DNA of 63,126 nucleotides, filler included, from Craspedostauros australis (taxonomy: Eukaryota), in the NCBI GenBank assembly GCA_030167865.1. It is 7 parts of 7 records of this genome, joined end to end, with 100 filler letters (N's around TTAATTAATTAA, not from the genome) between each part and the next. Parts side by side here need not be neighbours in the genome. Positions count along the whole stretch, not along the records: positions 6,687 to 12,833 come from JALAGF010006367.1; positions 12,934 to 18,528 come from JALAGF010006368.1; positions 18,629 to 40,756 come from JALAGF010006369.1; 4 more parts are not named here. The stretch is one strand, 5' to 3'. Shown in pieces: positions 11,955-24,776 of this stretch. Made by a program: the position numbers and the translations under genes. The notes under the pieces were generated by a model that saw only the letters and a list, made by a program, of their open reading frames with translations, was not told the origin of the DNA and did no database searches. Each line of letters opens with the position of its first letter. Position 1 is the stretch's first letter.

Positions 11955-12833
11955 ACTGAGCAAGTCATGCAGTGTCGCCATCCAGCAGCGGTCGCAGAGA
12001 GGGAGAAGGCGAATGCAGAGTGGGGAGATGACATGCTGCAGGCAGGAGGAGATCCAGAGATGGCCCAAGAGATGCTCTGCCAGCTGAGAAGTTGGAGCAA
12101 CATAGACAACATGGAGCCAAGAGCACCAACGCAAATCCAAGAAGCAGTCAGTGCCCACCAGGCGATCGGATGGGGTATGATGGTACGTGGGTGCTGGACG
12201 AGGCAGTGGAGGGCGATACAGGAGTCCGTGATGATGGAGGAAGAGCTCCCAATGAAACCGACGAACTGGAGGGGCATATCCGTTTGAGGGCTGTAGGAGG
12301 TTTGATGGAAGGCGTGGGAAGCGCGCAACTGTGTGCTGCACGACCAGGACGAACGCAAGCGCGCGGCAGCCCAGGAAAAAGAAGTATGAGCCAGGGTGAA
12401 CAAGCAATGGGCAATCGGAGGTGGAGGTATCCTGGCCACAGACCAAGCTCTCATGACGAACGTAGTGAGAGTGGAGGTGGTGAGGTGACCAGTGGATGCT
12501 CAGAGCCGGTGGGTGAAGCATGTGCAAGCAGTGTGGATAACTGCCCAGACGGTCAGGCAGAAACAACGTGCGACGATGCAAGAGAGAAGAGGAGTAAGCC
12601 AAGGACTCACAGACGCGGTTAGAGGGCAACGACAAGAAACGGGTCTGTGCAAACGACGGTTATACGGGGCGTTGGAGGAAGGGCGAACAAGCAACGGCGC
12701 GGAGCACGGATCAGTGCATGATATTAGTGAAAGAGCATAGCAGGCGCAAGCCGGATGCCCAGTGTGGTATGTTTGATGGCCCATGGTGCTGACAAACTGT
12801 GGTAGGATAGGTAGTGAGAGACACAGGGAAGTC
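11955..12833 (+). pseudogene. LINE ORF2 C-terminal remnant (zinc-knuckle end plus IGW and WxxRN motifs)
   Basis: TEQVMQCRHP...HQAIGWGMMVRGCWTRQWRAIQ...WKAWEARNCVLH, with in-frame stops. Begins right after an LTR-like ...GATAACA end. Confidence 0.75.
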
Positions 12834-12877
12834 NNNNNNNNNNNNNNNNNNNNNNNNNNNNNNNNNNNNNNNNNNNN

Positions 12878-12889
12878 TTAATTAATTAA
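12878..12889. other. Artificial scaffold linker TTAATTAATTAA
   Basis: Same 12-mer within N runs. Confidence 0.97.
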
Positions 12890-13107
12890 NNNNNNNNNNN
12901 NNNNNNNNNNNNNNNNNNNNNNNNNNNNNNNNNAGAAAAGGTGGTGAGTTGTCGGCATGCTGGCTCGGCCCTCCCCCCCTTCTGTTGCGCGTCCACTTCC
13001 GCCGCAAAAAACACCACTCTCTCGCTGCGAGACAAACAACACGGTGATCATTGTACGGCGACAGTTTCTCGCCGCCGACAGTCGGGGAATGCCAGTCCGG
13101 GCAGAAT

Positions 13108-13850
13108 GACGGTTCGTTGTTGCTCGTTTCTCCACCAAATTCGTGGGACGTTCCAGATCCCACCAAGAGGAACCCACCGCGGTGGATTTTTTCGCCACGG
13201 AACAAGTCAGACAATTGTCGCACAAAGTAGAACATCTTCGACATTCTCCGACGACGTTGGCACACGTTCGAACATGTTGTAACATTTTTGACCTTTTTGG
13301 AACTCGTGAATGGAGATTCCAGTCGTGTCGTGTGTTGCAATTTTCAGGGCTACGTACAAAAGTACTGCAGCACTCGTAGAGATGGTGATTCGATGAGCAN
13401 NNNNNNNNNNNNNNNNNNNNNNNNNNNNNNNNNNNNNNNNNNNNNNNNNCGTTGTTGCTCGTTTCTCCACCAAATTCGTGGGACGTTCCAGATCCCACCA
13501 AGAGGAACCCATCGCGGTGGATTTTTTCGCCACAGAACAAGCCAGACGATTGTCGCACAAAATGGAACATCTTCGACATTCTCCGACGACGTTGGCACAC
13601 GTTCGAACATGTTGGAACATTTTTGACCTTTTTGGAACTCGTGAATGGATATTCCAGTCGTGTCGTGTGTTGCAATTTTCAGGGCTACGTACAAAAGTAC
13701 TGCAGCACTCGTAGAGATGGTGATTCGATGAGCAGGCGTCAGNNNNCTTTTCCGGATGACGTCATCTCCGCACATTTTTGAACATGTTGGAACATTCCCG
13801 AACTCTTTGTCACACCTCAGCTAAATCACGAACGTAGCGGAACATCACCG
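13108..13850. repeat. Non-coding repeat block: ~285-bp unit duplicated across an N gap, with recurring GAACAT/GAACATGTT motifs
   Basis: 13108-13399 vs 13450-13733 differ at about 8 positions. GAACATGTTG(T/G)AACATT occurs at ~13270, ~13605 and ~13780. Confidence 0.7.
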
Positions 13851-14181
13851 CCAATGCTCGCCACAAAATGAGAGCGGTCCCACAAAAACGGCTGAAAACA
13901 AAAACAAACTGATGATGATGGGCATCCCACCCCACACCTCCACTGATTGCTATCTTCATGCTGCATGATAAACACATCTAATAGTAACCTACTATTGTAA
14001 ACATCAATGAATAAAATGAATGTTANAGCCGTTTTAGTTGCAAGGCTTTGTAGCGATGTTCGTTGGTTGNCCATGACTGTCTTGATCTGCCTCAAGTTGT
14101 GGTGCTCGTNGCTGTGTTTGAGTTGGTTGGGGCTGGTCTTTGCTGTTTGTTTGTGTAGGAACAGTACTGCACAAGTGTGGA

Positions 14182-14241
14182 GTTGTTGTTGATGATGATG
14201 ATGATGTTGTTGTTGTTGTTGTTGTTGATGATGATGATGTT
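14182..14241 (+). repeat. Compound (GTT)n/(GAT)n microsatellite
   Basis: Read directly. Confidence 0.9.
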
Positions 14242-14324
14242 GCTGTGCGGTTGTTCGTGGTGGTGTCACTGCTGCTGTCGTTGTTGTCGTTTTTGCGGCT
14301 CATCCTCACAACAACCTCACAACA

Positions 14325-16245
14325 ATGAACGACCAACACCCACCCGAACCAACAAAGAGCGCCTACTGGTCACGAGAAGGCGAGGACGCTGGCTACCTNG
14401 TGCAACTGTTCCACAACAACACCTACGACGCCGCCACCTTCGACAAGTTCTGTTTGGATCACCGCAGTTGGCTGAGCAAGTACAAGAAGGAGACACTTCG
14501 GAAGAACTACGGAAAAGTCTGGGACCGCTACGTTCACTGGGGCAGAGATCCAACAAAGAGTAAGTATGCACCTGCCTTGTCACTGTCATTGCCATGGTCA
14601 CAGTCTCGGTCACTGCCATTCACTTCATGCACACACACACTCACACCCATTGCAGCCTTCTCTCCTTCCTTTGGTCGCCGCTACGGATTGACACTCGCAA
14701 GCACCGAAACTGAGCGCCAGAGCATCGCTGGAGCAGTCGCAACAGACTTCGTCCCTGGACAATCACTTCGCCCACCACCCACCAGCCGCCGCAATTGGGA
14801 AAGCATCAACAGTCCCTCCAACACCAGTACCCGAGCTGGACGTGACTACTTTGGGAACACCGAACTCGAAAGTGACGACGGCGGAATTGTGTTTTCTGAG
14901 GCAGAAGGCGAGCCCCAGCCATCCCCGACATCAAACAACACACGTCAAACCATGAAGTCAGCACCAAAGCAGGCTGCTACCAGCAAAAAGACCACCTTTG
15001 CAATGGATAGCCTAAAGAGTGCACTAAAGGAGGTGTCAGCTCCACCATCCATCCTCCTGCCAACTGACTACTTTGAAATTCCCAATCAGACTGATCCTTC
15101 TCACCCAGCTGCATCCACTCTGTCTGCTTTTGGTGTTTTCACTGATGTGCTGAGTGGCATGGATCATGAGTGCGTGCAATTCTTCGTCGAGGGAGAAAAC
15201 ACCATTCGCATCGAGTACAAACTCCCCTCTGAATCTTTCCGCGCCCTCAATCGTCTTGGCAACTCGTTGAGCCGAATTGGTTTGGTCAGCAATGCACTGC
15301 AAACAACACTATCTAAGTACCACGGATCACTTGTGCCCTTCCCAGGCAGCCGCAACAGCAGGCTTCACATCCAACGTGTTGTATTGCCCCACACGATCCA
15401 ACCGGACTTTCGCTCCGGTGATACTAATCGCTTGTTCCACCCTCTTCGCTTCAACGAATCCCCATGCATCCCCACCATCACTCGTCGCGGCACAAAGACG
15501 ATGTATTGCTTGGTCATGGCNAAGCCGGACAAACTGGTGGAGTTCGTCTGCGACAACACGCGTGTCAAACAGTTCGACATGTACGAAGGGCCTGATTCCA
15601 ATGATGACGATTCCGATGACAGTGACACTTCGGGAACAACAANNNNNNNNNNNNNNNNNNNNNNNNNNNNNNNNNNNNNNNNNNNNNNNNNNCACAAAGA
15701 CGATGTATTGCTTGGTCATGGCAAAGCCGGACAAACTGGTGGAGTTCGTCTGCGACAACACGCGTGTCAAACAGTTTGACATGTACGAAGGGCCTGATTC
15801 CAATGATGACGATTCCGATGACAGTGACACTTCGGGAACCACAAACAAACAATCCACTCGCAGAACTCGAGAATCCGGAAACCAGTCGAGCCGAATCAAC
15901 AAGAAGCCAAGAACCAGAAGCGATTCGCGCNGNCTTNACGCGGACATGATGGTGGCAGCCAAATTCCCAAGCAACNTCAGCATGAAGAGCAACNGCAAGA
16001 AGGGTACCACCGCAAGTATCCGTAGTACCCGCAGCGACCACACTGGTAGTACCCGCCGCAGCAACCGCAGCAAGAGCAGTCACAGCGCCAACAGCAGCCA
16101 CAACAGGAAGAGCAACATGGCATACTACCACGACGATGGTACCGATAGTGACAGCAGCATTTTGTCCGAGGTGAGCACCATTGCAGATGTCAATGAGCCA
16201 ACAACCCCCAGCAATGACACCTTCTTCTCCTCCAATGAAGACTGA
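14325..16245 (+). CDS. Hypothetical protein with a probable 96-bp intron at 14560-14655; possibly a DNA-transposon accessory protein
   Basis: ATG follows a CA-rich leader. GTAAGT...TTGCAG in-frame intron. The ORF continues across the overlap gap (15491-15641 repeated at 15693-15839) to TGA 16245. Helical N-terminus (YWSREGEDAGY.VQLF..TLRKNY), beta-rich middle, S/R/D-rich tail. Confidence 0.6.
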
Positions 16246-17706
16246 TGAGCTCGAATGACACAACACAGTAGCGAGCGCAGAATCTACAAATTAAGCCTGC
16301 GCTCATGACCCGAACGGCTGTCCACCACGAAACAACCGTAACAATAATTAGCAGTAACAAATCACACACATTCCACAATCGTCTTGCCTGTGCGCCATTT
16401 TTCCGTGTGCCCCAGCGTTGCCATCGGAAGAATGGAGTCCCCAATGACTTCGCGCGACCCACGCCAGTGAATGATTGTGATTGTTGTTCAAGATTTCGAG
16501 ATTAATTGCGGTGTTCACCTGTGAGTGGTGTTCGTTGCTTGCGATGATGATGCCCTTCACGTCAAACAAAATGACAAAACCATCGTCCGAATGACTTCTC
16601 TGAGAGACACAAAGGCACTCGTCGTTCTCTGTCGATCGATACTTGGTACTTGCACTGTACGACCTGCGGCAAACCATAAGAGCCCATTCAGTCACAAACC
16701 AACGAGTCGCGGGGGGAGCAGTCTACATGCGTTTTCAGTTTATTGCAGAATAATATGCAGCGTGTTGTGAAGTATACATAAAAAAATGTCCGAGGTGGAT
16801 CATCATTATATTAGATAAGTTATGGGCTGCTGTGGGTTTCAGGTAGATTCCTTGTAGGCACGCACGAAGTGAAGACGAACGGATGGTGTCAGAACACGAT
16901 TTCGTTGATGGGGCTTCGGATCGACGAGAAATACAGCATCACAGTTGCCAACTGGTGGTTTCTGGTGGATTCCAAAGAGAGAGGCTAGCGCTAAGTAGCG
17001 AGAAGCCTTGACACCTTTTTGTTGGTCTTCGAAGATGTCAAACAAGACAAGATTGATCTTTTGGGGGCAACGAGAGAATGTCAACGTTAAACATGAATCA
17101 TCCTTTGCATGTGCTTCTTTCGTGCGTTCTCTGTTTGACTCGTGCTGGAAAATATTCGAATTATTTCCATCCAATCGTTGTGTTTCCTACTGATCGACAG
17201 TTTGGGGGTCATGCGTACAGACGGATGTTTTGTCATGTACATAGCACCAGACTGAATTGACGATCGTGTGGTTCCGTTTCTGTTCCCGTTCCTGTCTCAC
17301 CAAAAGACGCGCCGAATTGGTTGCATCTGGCAGGCGTGCTTCATGACCGTCGCAACGAAACGTCAGGAGAGCAAGACGAATTGATTGGACTGAGAATCAA
17401 ATGATGACGTTTGATAGTGTCAACGACGAAATCAAAGTGAACAATCATCTCATTTTGAATGTGAACCTGCATCATACACGTATCACGCATGTAGACATTA
17501 TATGAAGACAAGTTCTTTGAGGACGAACTCTATTGTAGGACGTGACGCAAGCCAATATGTAAACTGAACACCCTTGCTCCAAAGTGATGATGAGCAGGAG
17601 GGTNCCACCATTTCCCTCCCCCAGCTTCCTCACTACCACCCAGAAGACTACAGTCACTTCAATGCTTCATCAATGCTCTACTTCTGAGGTTCAAAATGAT
17701 GGTGTC

Positions 17707-18528
17707 ATATATATACCTCACTGATTATAACTGTTAAGTTATGCGCTGGGGGGCACTTTGATTCTGCCTCATTTATTCTCCATGTCTGCACGCAGTGGGA
17801 ATGGATGTGTCAGTATTATGATCGTGTTGGGAGAGAGGGCTGTGTCCATTGGGCAGGTCTGTTTGCTGGCAATGTTGTGGTGGCAGGGGAATCGTCTCAG
17901 GGTGCGATCCGCCTATAGTTCCATTTCCAGTTCACAAGCACTGCTGTGGCTGGTGNCNCATTGCCTCCAAGGCCTTGGTGCATGGCTTGGACCCACGGAA
18001 TGAGCTGGGCGGTCTGCTCAGTGTGCGGATGATGCTCCCAAAGTGGGTGCAGGACTGCAGGGATGGTGGTTGGCGGGCATGTTTGCAGTATCTGAAAATA
18101 TTGGAGCAGCATGGGCGTCGTGTCATCGGAAGTCTGGGACGCTTTGACCTTGGTCTGGTCCTGCCATTGCATCAGTGTCATGTGCCACATGAGGTTGGTG
18201 ACACTGTCCTGCCAATTGTGAAGTAGTCGAGGGCGCGCCTGTGATGGTGAGGTGCCATGGGAGGTGCTTGTGCACTCCACTGCATTGCCCATCCGCCCTA
18301 AATCATGGCCATCCAGCCTACTTTNNNNNNNNNNNNNNNNNNNNNNNNNNNNNNNNNNTCGCGAACGCCAGAGAGATGATGGTGTCAACATGGCTTGGAT
18401 CCAACACCTGATGTCGAACAGTGTGGACAAGACTATCCACAAATGTCTAACACAACCATCAACCATGTTGTTGATCACAGCATCACTCTCCATCATCATC
18501 TCAGTCTGAGGATGCATTGAACTGGAAC
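17707..18528 (-). mobile_element. 3' end of the same LINE family as 10232-11254, copy 2
   Basis: Reverse-complement match to 10234-11254. Ends in GAGGT(AT)4. The 5' side is cut by the scaffold end. Confidence 0.65.
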
Positions 18529-18572
18529 NNNNNNNNNNNNNNNNNNNNNNNNNNNNNNNNNNNNNNNNNNNN

Positions 18573-18584
18573 TTAATTAATTAA
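18573..18584. other. Artificial scaffold linker TTAATTAATTAA
   Basis: Same 12-mer within N runs. Confidence 0.97.
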
Positions 18585-19524
18585 NNNNNNNNNNNNNNNN
18601 NNNNNNNNNNNNNNNNNNNNNNNNNNNNAAATGAGCATGACACAACAAACTAAGCAGCAACCACGTGAGAAATAGATACACACCTTTGAAGAATCTATTG
18701 TGGATGTAGTGTACTCATGATAGTCGGAACAAACGAGGAAGTACTGAATGGTTGATTTGTACCACAAGAAGAATGACATTGTGTGGGTAGTGGGAGAGTA
18801 GAAGGAAGCACAAGTTGGCCATGACAATGAGGAATGTCCGGACAACACACGATCAGGCAACAGGGTGTAAAAGTCAAAAATGGAGCCACGAATCTGGGTT
18901 TTGCATAAATCAGGATGATTGTGCAAACAACTGACAGGAAGAANNNNNNNNNNNNNNNNNNNNNNNNNNNNNTTTTTGACTTTTGAACTGCTGATTATGG
19001 AAGAAACTGTTGTTGCCTTATCATGGGAAATGCAAAATTACCGTCTTTCCCCCCCCCATGCCATTGCAGACGTGAACTCACGAACAAAATGTTACCGTTG
19101 GTTGGAGTTGCGCGTTGTTGACGCCAGTCTCGCCTTTCACGTGACACGCCACGCGTGATACTCGTATAAAATACGTGGCATCTCCGCGCTTCCAATGATG
19201 ATGCCAACACACACGATCGCGCAACGTTTGTGTCACGGTCGGTTCGGCGTGCTTCGTTTTGATGATTCGCAGCATCTCACTTCAGTCACGCAATCCGCGC
19301 ACATCCTGGCTGCTCCCACCGCTTCTCATCTTCATCGCATCAGCCGAAAAAAGTCAACGGACAGCCGAGTCGCACATAACAACGTGGATCCGCCGCTGGC
19401 GCTCAATGCACGACTATTACTCTTTGGATACATCCATCCACATTGCCACCACAATCCCTCACGACCCATCGCAGCCACAAGAGAGCGCTCGTGGAATAGA
19501 ACATTGACGACATCAGGACCAGCC

Positions 19525-21621
19525 ATGGAGGACACCAACGACCCAAACTACTCGCTGCGGTATCGCGACGATCCGGAGGTGGAAGGCTTCCACGATGACG
19601 CTGGAGACGATGCAGCATTCGAGGGCGACATTTACTCCAACAGCCCCGGAGATGCCATCTCCGGCAACAAGCACGGCCGCGGGGTCCGGCCAAGACGGTC
19701 CATAGGCACCATGCTGCTCATCGCCGGAATTCTCTTCCTGGGAGTGGGGGGCTTCGTGGCCCTGCGCGGGAGAAATTCCAGCAGCTCTGGTTCTGACTCC
19801 GACTCTGACCAATTATCCAAGAAGACGAACAACGACGACCAGAGGCCCCTGGATCTCACCAGCTCGCCTGTCTTTGCACCAACGCCACGGCCAACACCGG
19901 CGCCATCCACCAAGCCCCTCACTGCGGGGCCATCGGAGCCAAAGGAGGATGTCACGGTGGAACCAACCGCCGCGCCATCGCACTTCCCCACCGAGCTGGT
20001 GGTCGAAGACACGATGCCACCAACGGCGGTCCCAACCCCAGTACCGACCGTGCAACCAACTGCAGTGCCAACCGTTGCACCAACAACCGAATCGGATGGA
20101 CTCATGTCGCTCCTGACCGCGAGACTTGGAACGGATGCCTTTTTGGATTCCGAGAGCGTGGCGTCTCGGGCCTTCAATTGGCTGCTCTCCAACGACGACA
20201 TCGCATCCTACGACGACAAGCGCCGCCTGCAACGCTTTGCCGCTGCCTCCATCTTCTATTCGACCACCTCCTCCGACAGCATGTGGAACACTTCTGACAA
20301 ATGGATGTCCCAAGCGAGCGAGTGCGAATGGTATGGCATCACTTGCGACAGCAAACACAACATTGAAATGATCGACCTCGCCGACAACGGCCTCAAGGGG
20401 ACCGTTCCATACGAAATCAAGCTCATTTCGAAGCAACTTCTGGTCCTCAAGCTGGGACAGAATGAATTGACGAATGAGGAGCCGGAAGACTTGGCATGGA
20501 TTGCTGAGTTGACGAACCTCCGTGGGCTCACCATTCAAGAAAACGACTTCAAGGCGGATGGCGTCCCCACCCAAATCAAGGGCCTGGTGAATCTTCGTAA
20601 GTCTGCAGGGTACCTTGGAGGATTGCTCTTGCCTTGTGATTGTACAGATGTCGGATTTATGTGAAGTGGCGTCGTTTTCTGCTCTGCTCTACGATATTGT
20701 TCCATTCTATTGTTCTGTCGCTCCGACTTCTATCCGCGTGGCTTGCTTCCTTTTCGGCTGCCTCCTTGGTCGCGCTGTTACGCAAACACATCGTTGTATG
20801 GTACATACTCGACCCCAATCGACTGACACCTTTTCTGCACTCCGTGCGCAAACACGCTCACCTTTGTATTCGATCGCAACTGTATGTGCCACCCTGCACA
20901 TACTCGAATTGCCCCGTGCGTGGCACAATCAACCCAACTCTGCTGTACTTTGCATCGCCTCCCTGCAGAAGTCCTGGATCTTTCCAAGAACCATTTCCAT
21001 GGCACCCTGCATACTTCCCCTTTCAAGTCATTGAGGAAGCTGAAGTATCTGTCCTTGAGCGGTAACCGCTTCGACAGTCACCTCCCCCGCACCATTGCCA
21101 AGCTTCCTTTGCTGGAGGCACTGTACATCCAGGACGTTCATTTGAAGGGTGATTTCGAATTCCTCGGACTCTTCAAGAAGGCGTTGGAGGTGTGGATGGA
21201 CGACAACCCGAAAATGGAGGGAAGCATCCCCACAACCATCGGTGACGTGGAGACGTTGGAAAGCCTCTCTATCAGCAATTGCAACGTCACTGGCATTATC
21301 CCATCGGAGATCGGACAGCTGAAGTCGCTGAAGCAGGTTTGGCTGACTGATAACAGCATCGTCGGGAAAGTCCCCACCCAAATCGGCGAGTTGACGGACC
21401 TCTACATCCTCCAACTCGAATCCAACGCAATGACGGGCAGCATGCCAACCGAAGTCTGCAACATCTGGAACGAGACCGTGGCAGACAGTCTCAACTTCCA
21501 GGATATCACGCCCGCTGGACATCTGCTGGCGCTCTCGTCTGATTGCGACGACAACGATGATTTCGAATGTTCCTGCTGCTCTTGCTGCAAGGACTGTCCG
21601 ACTGTGGGGATCGACTTGTGA
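19525..21621 (+). CDS. Type II membrane leucine-rich-repeat protein (plant-type LRR, diatom family); exons 19525-20596 and 20969-21621
   Basis: TM segment LLIAGILFLGVGGFVAL, P/T stalk, N-cap AFNWL..LQRFAAA..ECEWYGITC, LxLxxNxLxGxIP repeats, C-cap DC..CSCCSCC. Intron GTAAGT (20597) to CTGCAG (20968) preserves frame. Confidence 0.9.
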
Positions 21622-23306
21622 GAAAGAGCGAGTAAGAAGGAAATTGATTGTGAAGGATGCGCAGAGTACTAGACTATTCCATCGTACTATACGTCACGAG
21701 AGCATGGCAGCGTCTTGGTACTCGTAGGTAAACCCCTTCGCATGCGGGTCCTCGATGAACACTCCCAAGTCGCACAAACTTCCAATTGGAAACCCGTCGC
21801 AATATTGCTTTCCTGCCATCCCATGTGCGCAGTACTCGCCTATGATATGTAATGTATCGCATTATAGAATACGATGATGGATTCACACAACACAATGATG
21901 CCATTGAAATAAAAGTATTTCCCTAACTGTAACGGCGATATCTTGACAGGGATGGTCCGCAGGAAAGCGAGGGTGGGGGAGAGTGCGAGGCGAAGTGAGA
22001 TACGAGTATTGGATGATCAGACCCAACATGGCTCGATAAGACAGTAGATCAAGATTCGCGAGTTGATGTATTCGTGAATGGATGTATTCGTGAATGGCTG
22101 CAGAAAGACCACCATCGCGGTCCAACTCGTCCGCGTCGGTTGGGTCATTGATTTTGGGCACGAGAGGCACACACAAAAGACACAAAGGAGCGCAACACAA
22201 CGCGACAAGACACAACGCGACACAACAAGACAAGACACGAACAAGACCACAGGAGATGGCAAGGATTGATCACAACAAAAACAACACCCCCTGAAGCACC
22301 CGCATTCATCGCAAGGAGCCATCAAGGCCGTGAGAATCGATAGAGTCGACACGTAATCGTAGCATCGCACCGAATCGTTTCCACAGTGCCACAGCAGCGA
22401 CAAAGGCAAAAGCAATAGCAGTTGCAACAGCCACCAACACCAATACCAAGACAGTCACGCCCAGAATCTCCCAGGCACCAGGATGAATTTCAAGGCAGAT
22501 GCATCAGTGTAAGTCAGCAAGACGGATCGTAAGGTATTGCGCTCTGAATCTTCGGCGTGGGTCCCCGATGTGATCAAGATGGCCGCTGTGGACGCCGCGG
22601 TCCCGACCTTCTGCCACGGACGACCCACGAACGTGTTCGTCGTACGAGTAGGAAAGAGTGTGGAGGAGTATTATAGAGTAGTTCATTGGAATACGATTCC
22701 TCTTGTGCGTCATGCCATTCTCCCGTCACATCCTCGTGTGCTCGTTCTCGTGGCATAGTGTGCCTCATCTCCTATCGAGCACAAGCAACTCAATCATCTC
22801 GCCGTCGTCACATCGCCCCAATCTCTCACACAAACATCTGGATCGGTCATTTCCCCCCATGTGCTCACCGTGATATTGGTATATCATGGCGCATGCCCTG
22901 TAACCTCACCCCCATCGGTGCTCACACCCAATCGCGGAATTGATGGACCTGCGCGAACGGATCCGTGCATGCACCCATCCACGCACTTGTGAATGAACTA
23001 TTGCGACAATCTACCTCAATACTATTCTGCGTTCAATGTCGTGTCGCGCTGCCAACGACTGAATGGATGGATGAACTGGTGGATGGATTGGTAAACGGAC
23101 GCGTGGTTGGCAACAACAACAAAAACAACAAAATGAACACCTGAATGGACGCACGTGTGCCAACAAACGGTTCCTACCGTATCATACCGTCTACGCCGTT
23201 CTGTGCCATGCCGTATCATGCTAATATCACACCATTCACGGACATCACACCGATGCTGTCCTCGGGTTTGGACTTCGTTGGTATTATACCTCGGACCGTC
23301 CCTTGA

Positions 23307-24407
23307 ATGCCTTCGTTGGAACACCACAGCGTGTGGCTGCTGTTGTGGACCCTCAACAACATCGGCGTCACGCTTCTCAACAAGGCAGCATTCGCGACGG
23401 TAGACTTCCACTACCCATACTTCCTCTCCTTCGTGCACATGGTGTGCAACTCCATCGGCAGTCAGATTGTGTTTTGGTCCTTGCGAAATGACGCCGTCAG
23501 GGGGCAGTCCGGGATCTTCCAGCAGCTGCTCGGAACCATCGTCCGCAAGGATCTCGACTCCGTCGGCAAGAAGTACATCCTCTGGTTCTCTGTCATCTTC
23601 TCCCTCAACATCGCCATCGGAAATGTTTCGCTTCGCCATGTCTCCGTCAACTTCAACCAAGTCATGCGTTCTCTCGTCCCGGCCATCACGATCGCGATGG
23701 GTCTTTGCCTGGGCACCAACATCTCACCCAAGCGAATCATGGCGGTGGTTCCCGTCGTTATGGGCGTGGCGATGGCCTGCTTCGGAGACATGACATACAC
23801 AGCGCTCGGTTTCTTCTACACGGTGGCTTGCGTCGTGCTGGCGGCCCTCAAGGTCGTGGCATCTGGACAGATGCTCACGGGAGCGCTCAAGCTGCATCCT
23901 GTCGACTTGCTCGGGCACATGGCGCCGCTCGCGATGGTCCAGTGCATCGTTCTCAGTTTTGCTACCGGAGAAGTCTCCTCGATCCTCGGCCGACCAGAGC
24001 TCTACACTGACCCATACCCGCTCATGGTGGTGCTCATGAGCGGCCTCTTCTCGTTCTCGCTGAACATATGCTCTTTGATGGCCAACAAGCTGACCTCGCC
24101 GCTGACTCTTTGCATCGCAGCAAACGTCAAGCAGGTCCTCATGATCGCTCTCTCCACGATCATCTTCTCCACACCGATTTCCACGCTCAATGGACTTGGC
24201 ATCGTCGTCGTGCTCATGGGTTCCGGAAGGTATTCGTACGTTTCCGTGCTGGAAAAGATGGAGAAGAAGTCGACCACCTCACCTGACGATGTCGAAGCGG
24301 GAGATGCGAAGACTGAAGGCACCACAGACGAGCCCGACAAGGAAGGCGATATTGACATCCCACTGATGGCTCCCTCCAGCAACGATGCAACCACCCGTCA
24401 TCGTTAA
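23307..24407 (+). CDS. Triose-phosphate/nucleotide-sugar transporter (TPT/DMT family)
   Basis: ~10 hydrophobic helices; [53 protein letters not shown]. Confidence 0.92.
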   Translation: MPSLEHHSVWLLLWTLNNIGVTLLNKAAFATVDFHYPYFLSFVHMVCNSIGSQIVFWSLRNDAVRGQSGIFQQLLGTIVRKDLDSVGKKYILWFSVIFSLNIAIGNVSLRHVSVNFNQVMRSLVPAITIAMGLCLGTNISPKRIMAVVPVVMGVAMACFGDMTYTALGFFYTVACVVLAALKVVASGQMLTGALKLHPVDLLGHMAPLAMVQCIVLSFATGEVSSILGRPELYTDPYPLMVVLMSGLFSFSLNICSLMANKLTSPLTLCIAANVKQVLMIALSTIIFSTPISTLNGLGIVVVLMGSGRYSYVSVLEKMEKKSTTSPDDVEAGDAKTEGTTDEPDKEGDIDIPLMAPSSNDATTRHR

Positions 24408-24776
24408 GTCTCGTTGACAGTTGATCCCACCTACGGCACATTTATACATAATAGTAATAGAGTACTCTACTTTGCTATACCGAACAGCGTGCCCCGCAAA
24501 TCCACAAGCGCGCCCGTACCACACAAACACGCCTCGACAGCTCTACAGCGACTGAGAATGCAGCACGATCCATCCATTTCATCCATCCATCGGTCATGCT
24601 AACTCCAAGCATACTCGTACTTGTAGAGACTTCACTGTTCTCCATTCACAACCTGCATCTTGAGTCAACAACAAAGGGAGACTCCATTGTCATAAACTGC
24701 AGAGAGTACCAGAGTATGCTAGAGAGTGCGTTTAGTATGCTTCAACGTGCCTCCGTCTCTTCCAACAGCGCATTTA

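Noticed and set aside
13108..13733. ~285-bp apparent tandem duplication with about 8 differences
   Set aside because: It also straddles a 50-N gap, so alleles or collapsed repeat copies are as likely as a true tandem. Not claimed as a satellite.
18629..18943. Purine-rich stop-riddled coding-like stretch
   Set aside because: Probably a decayed TE fragment, but no assignable motif was found.
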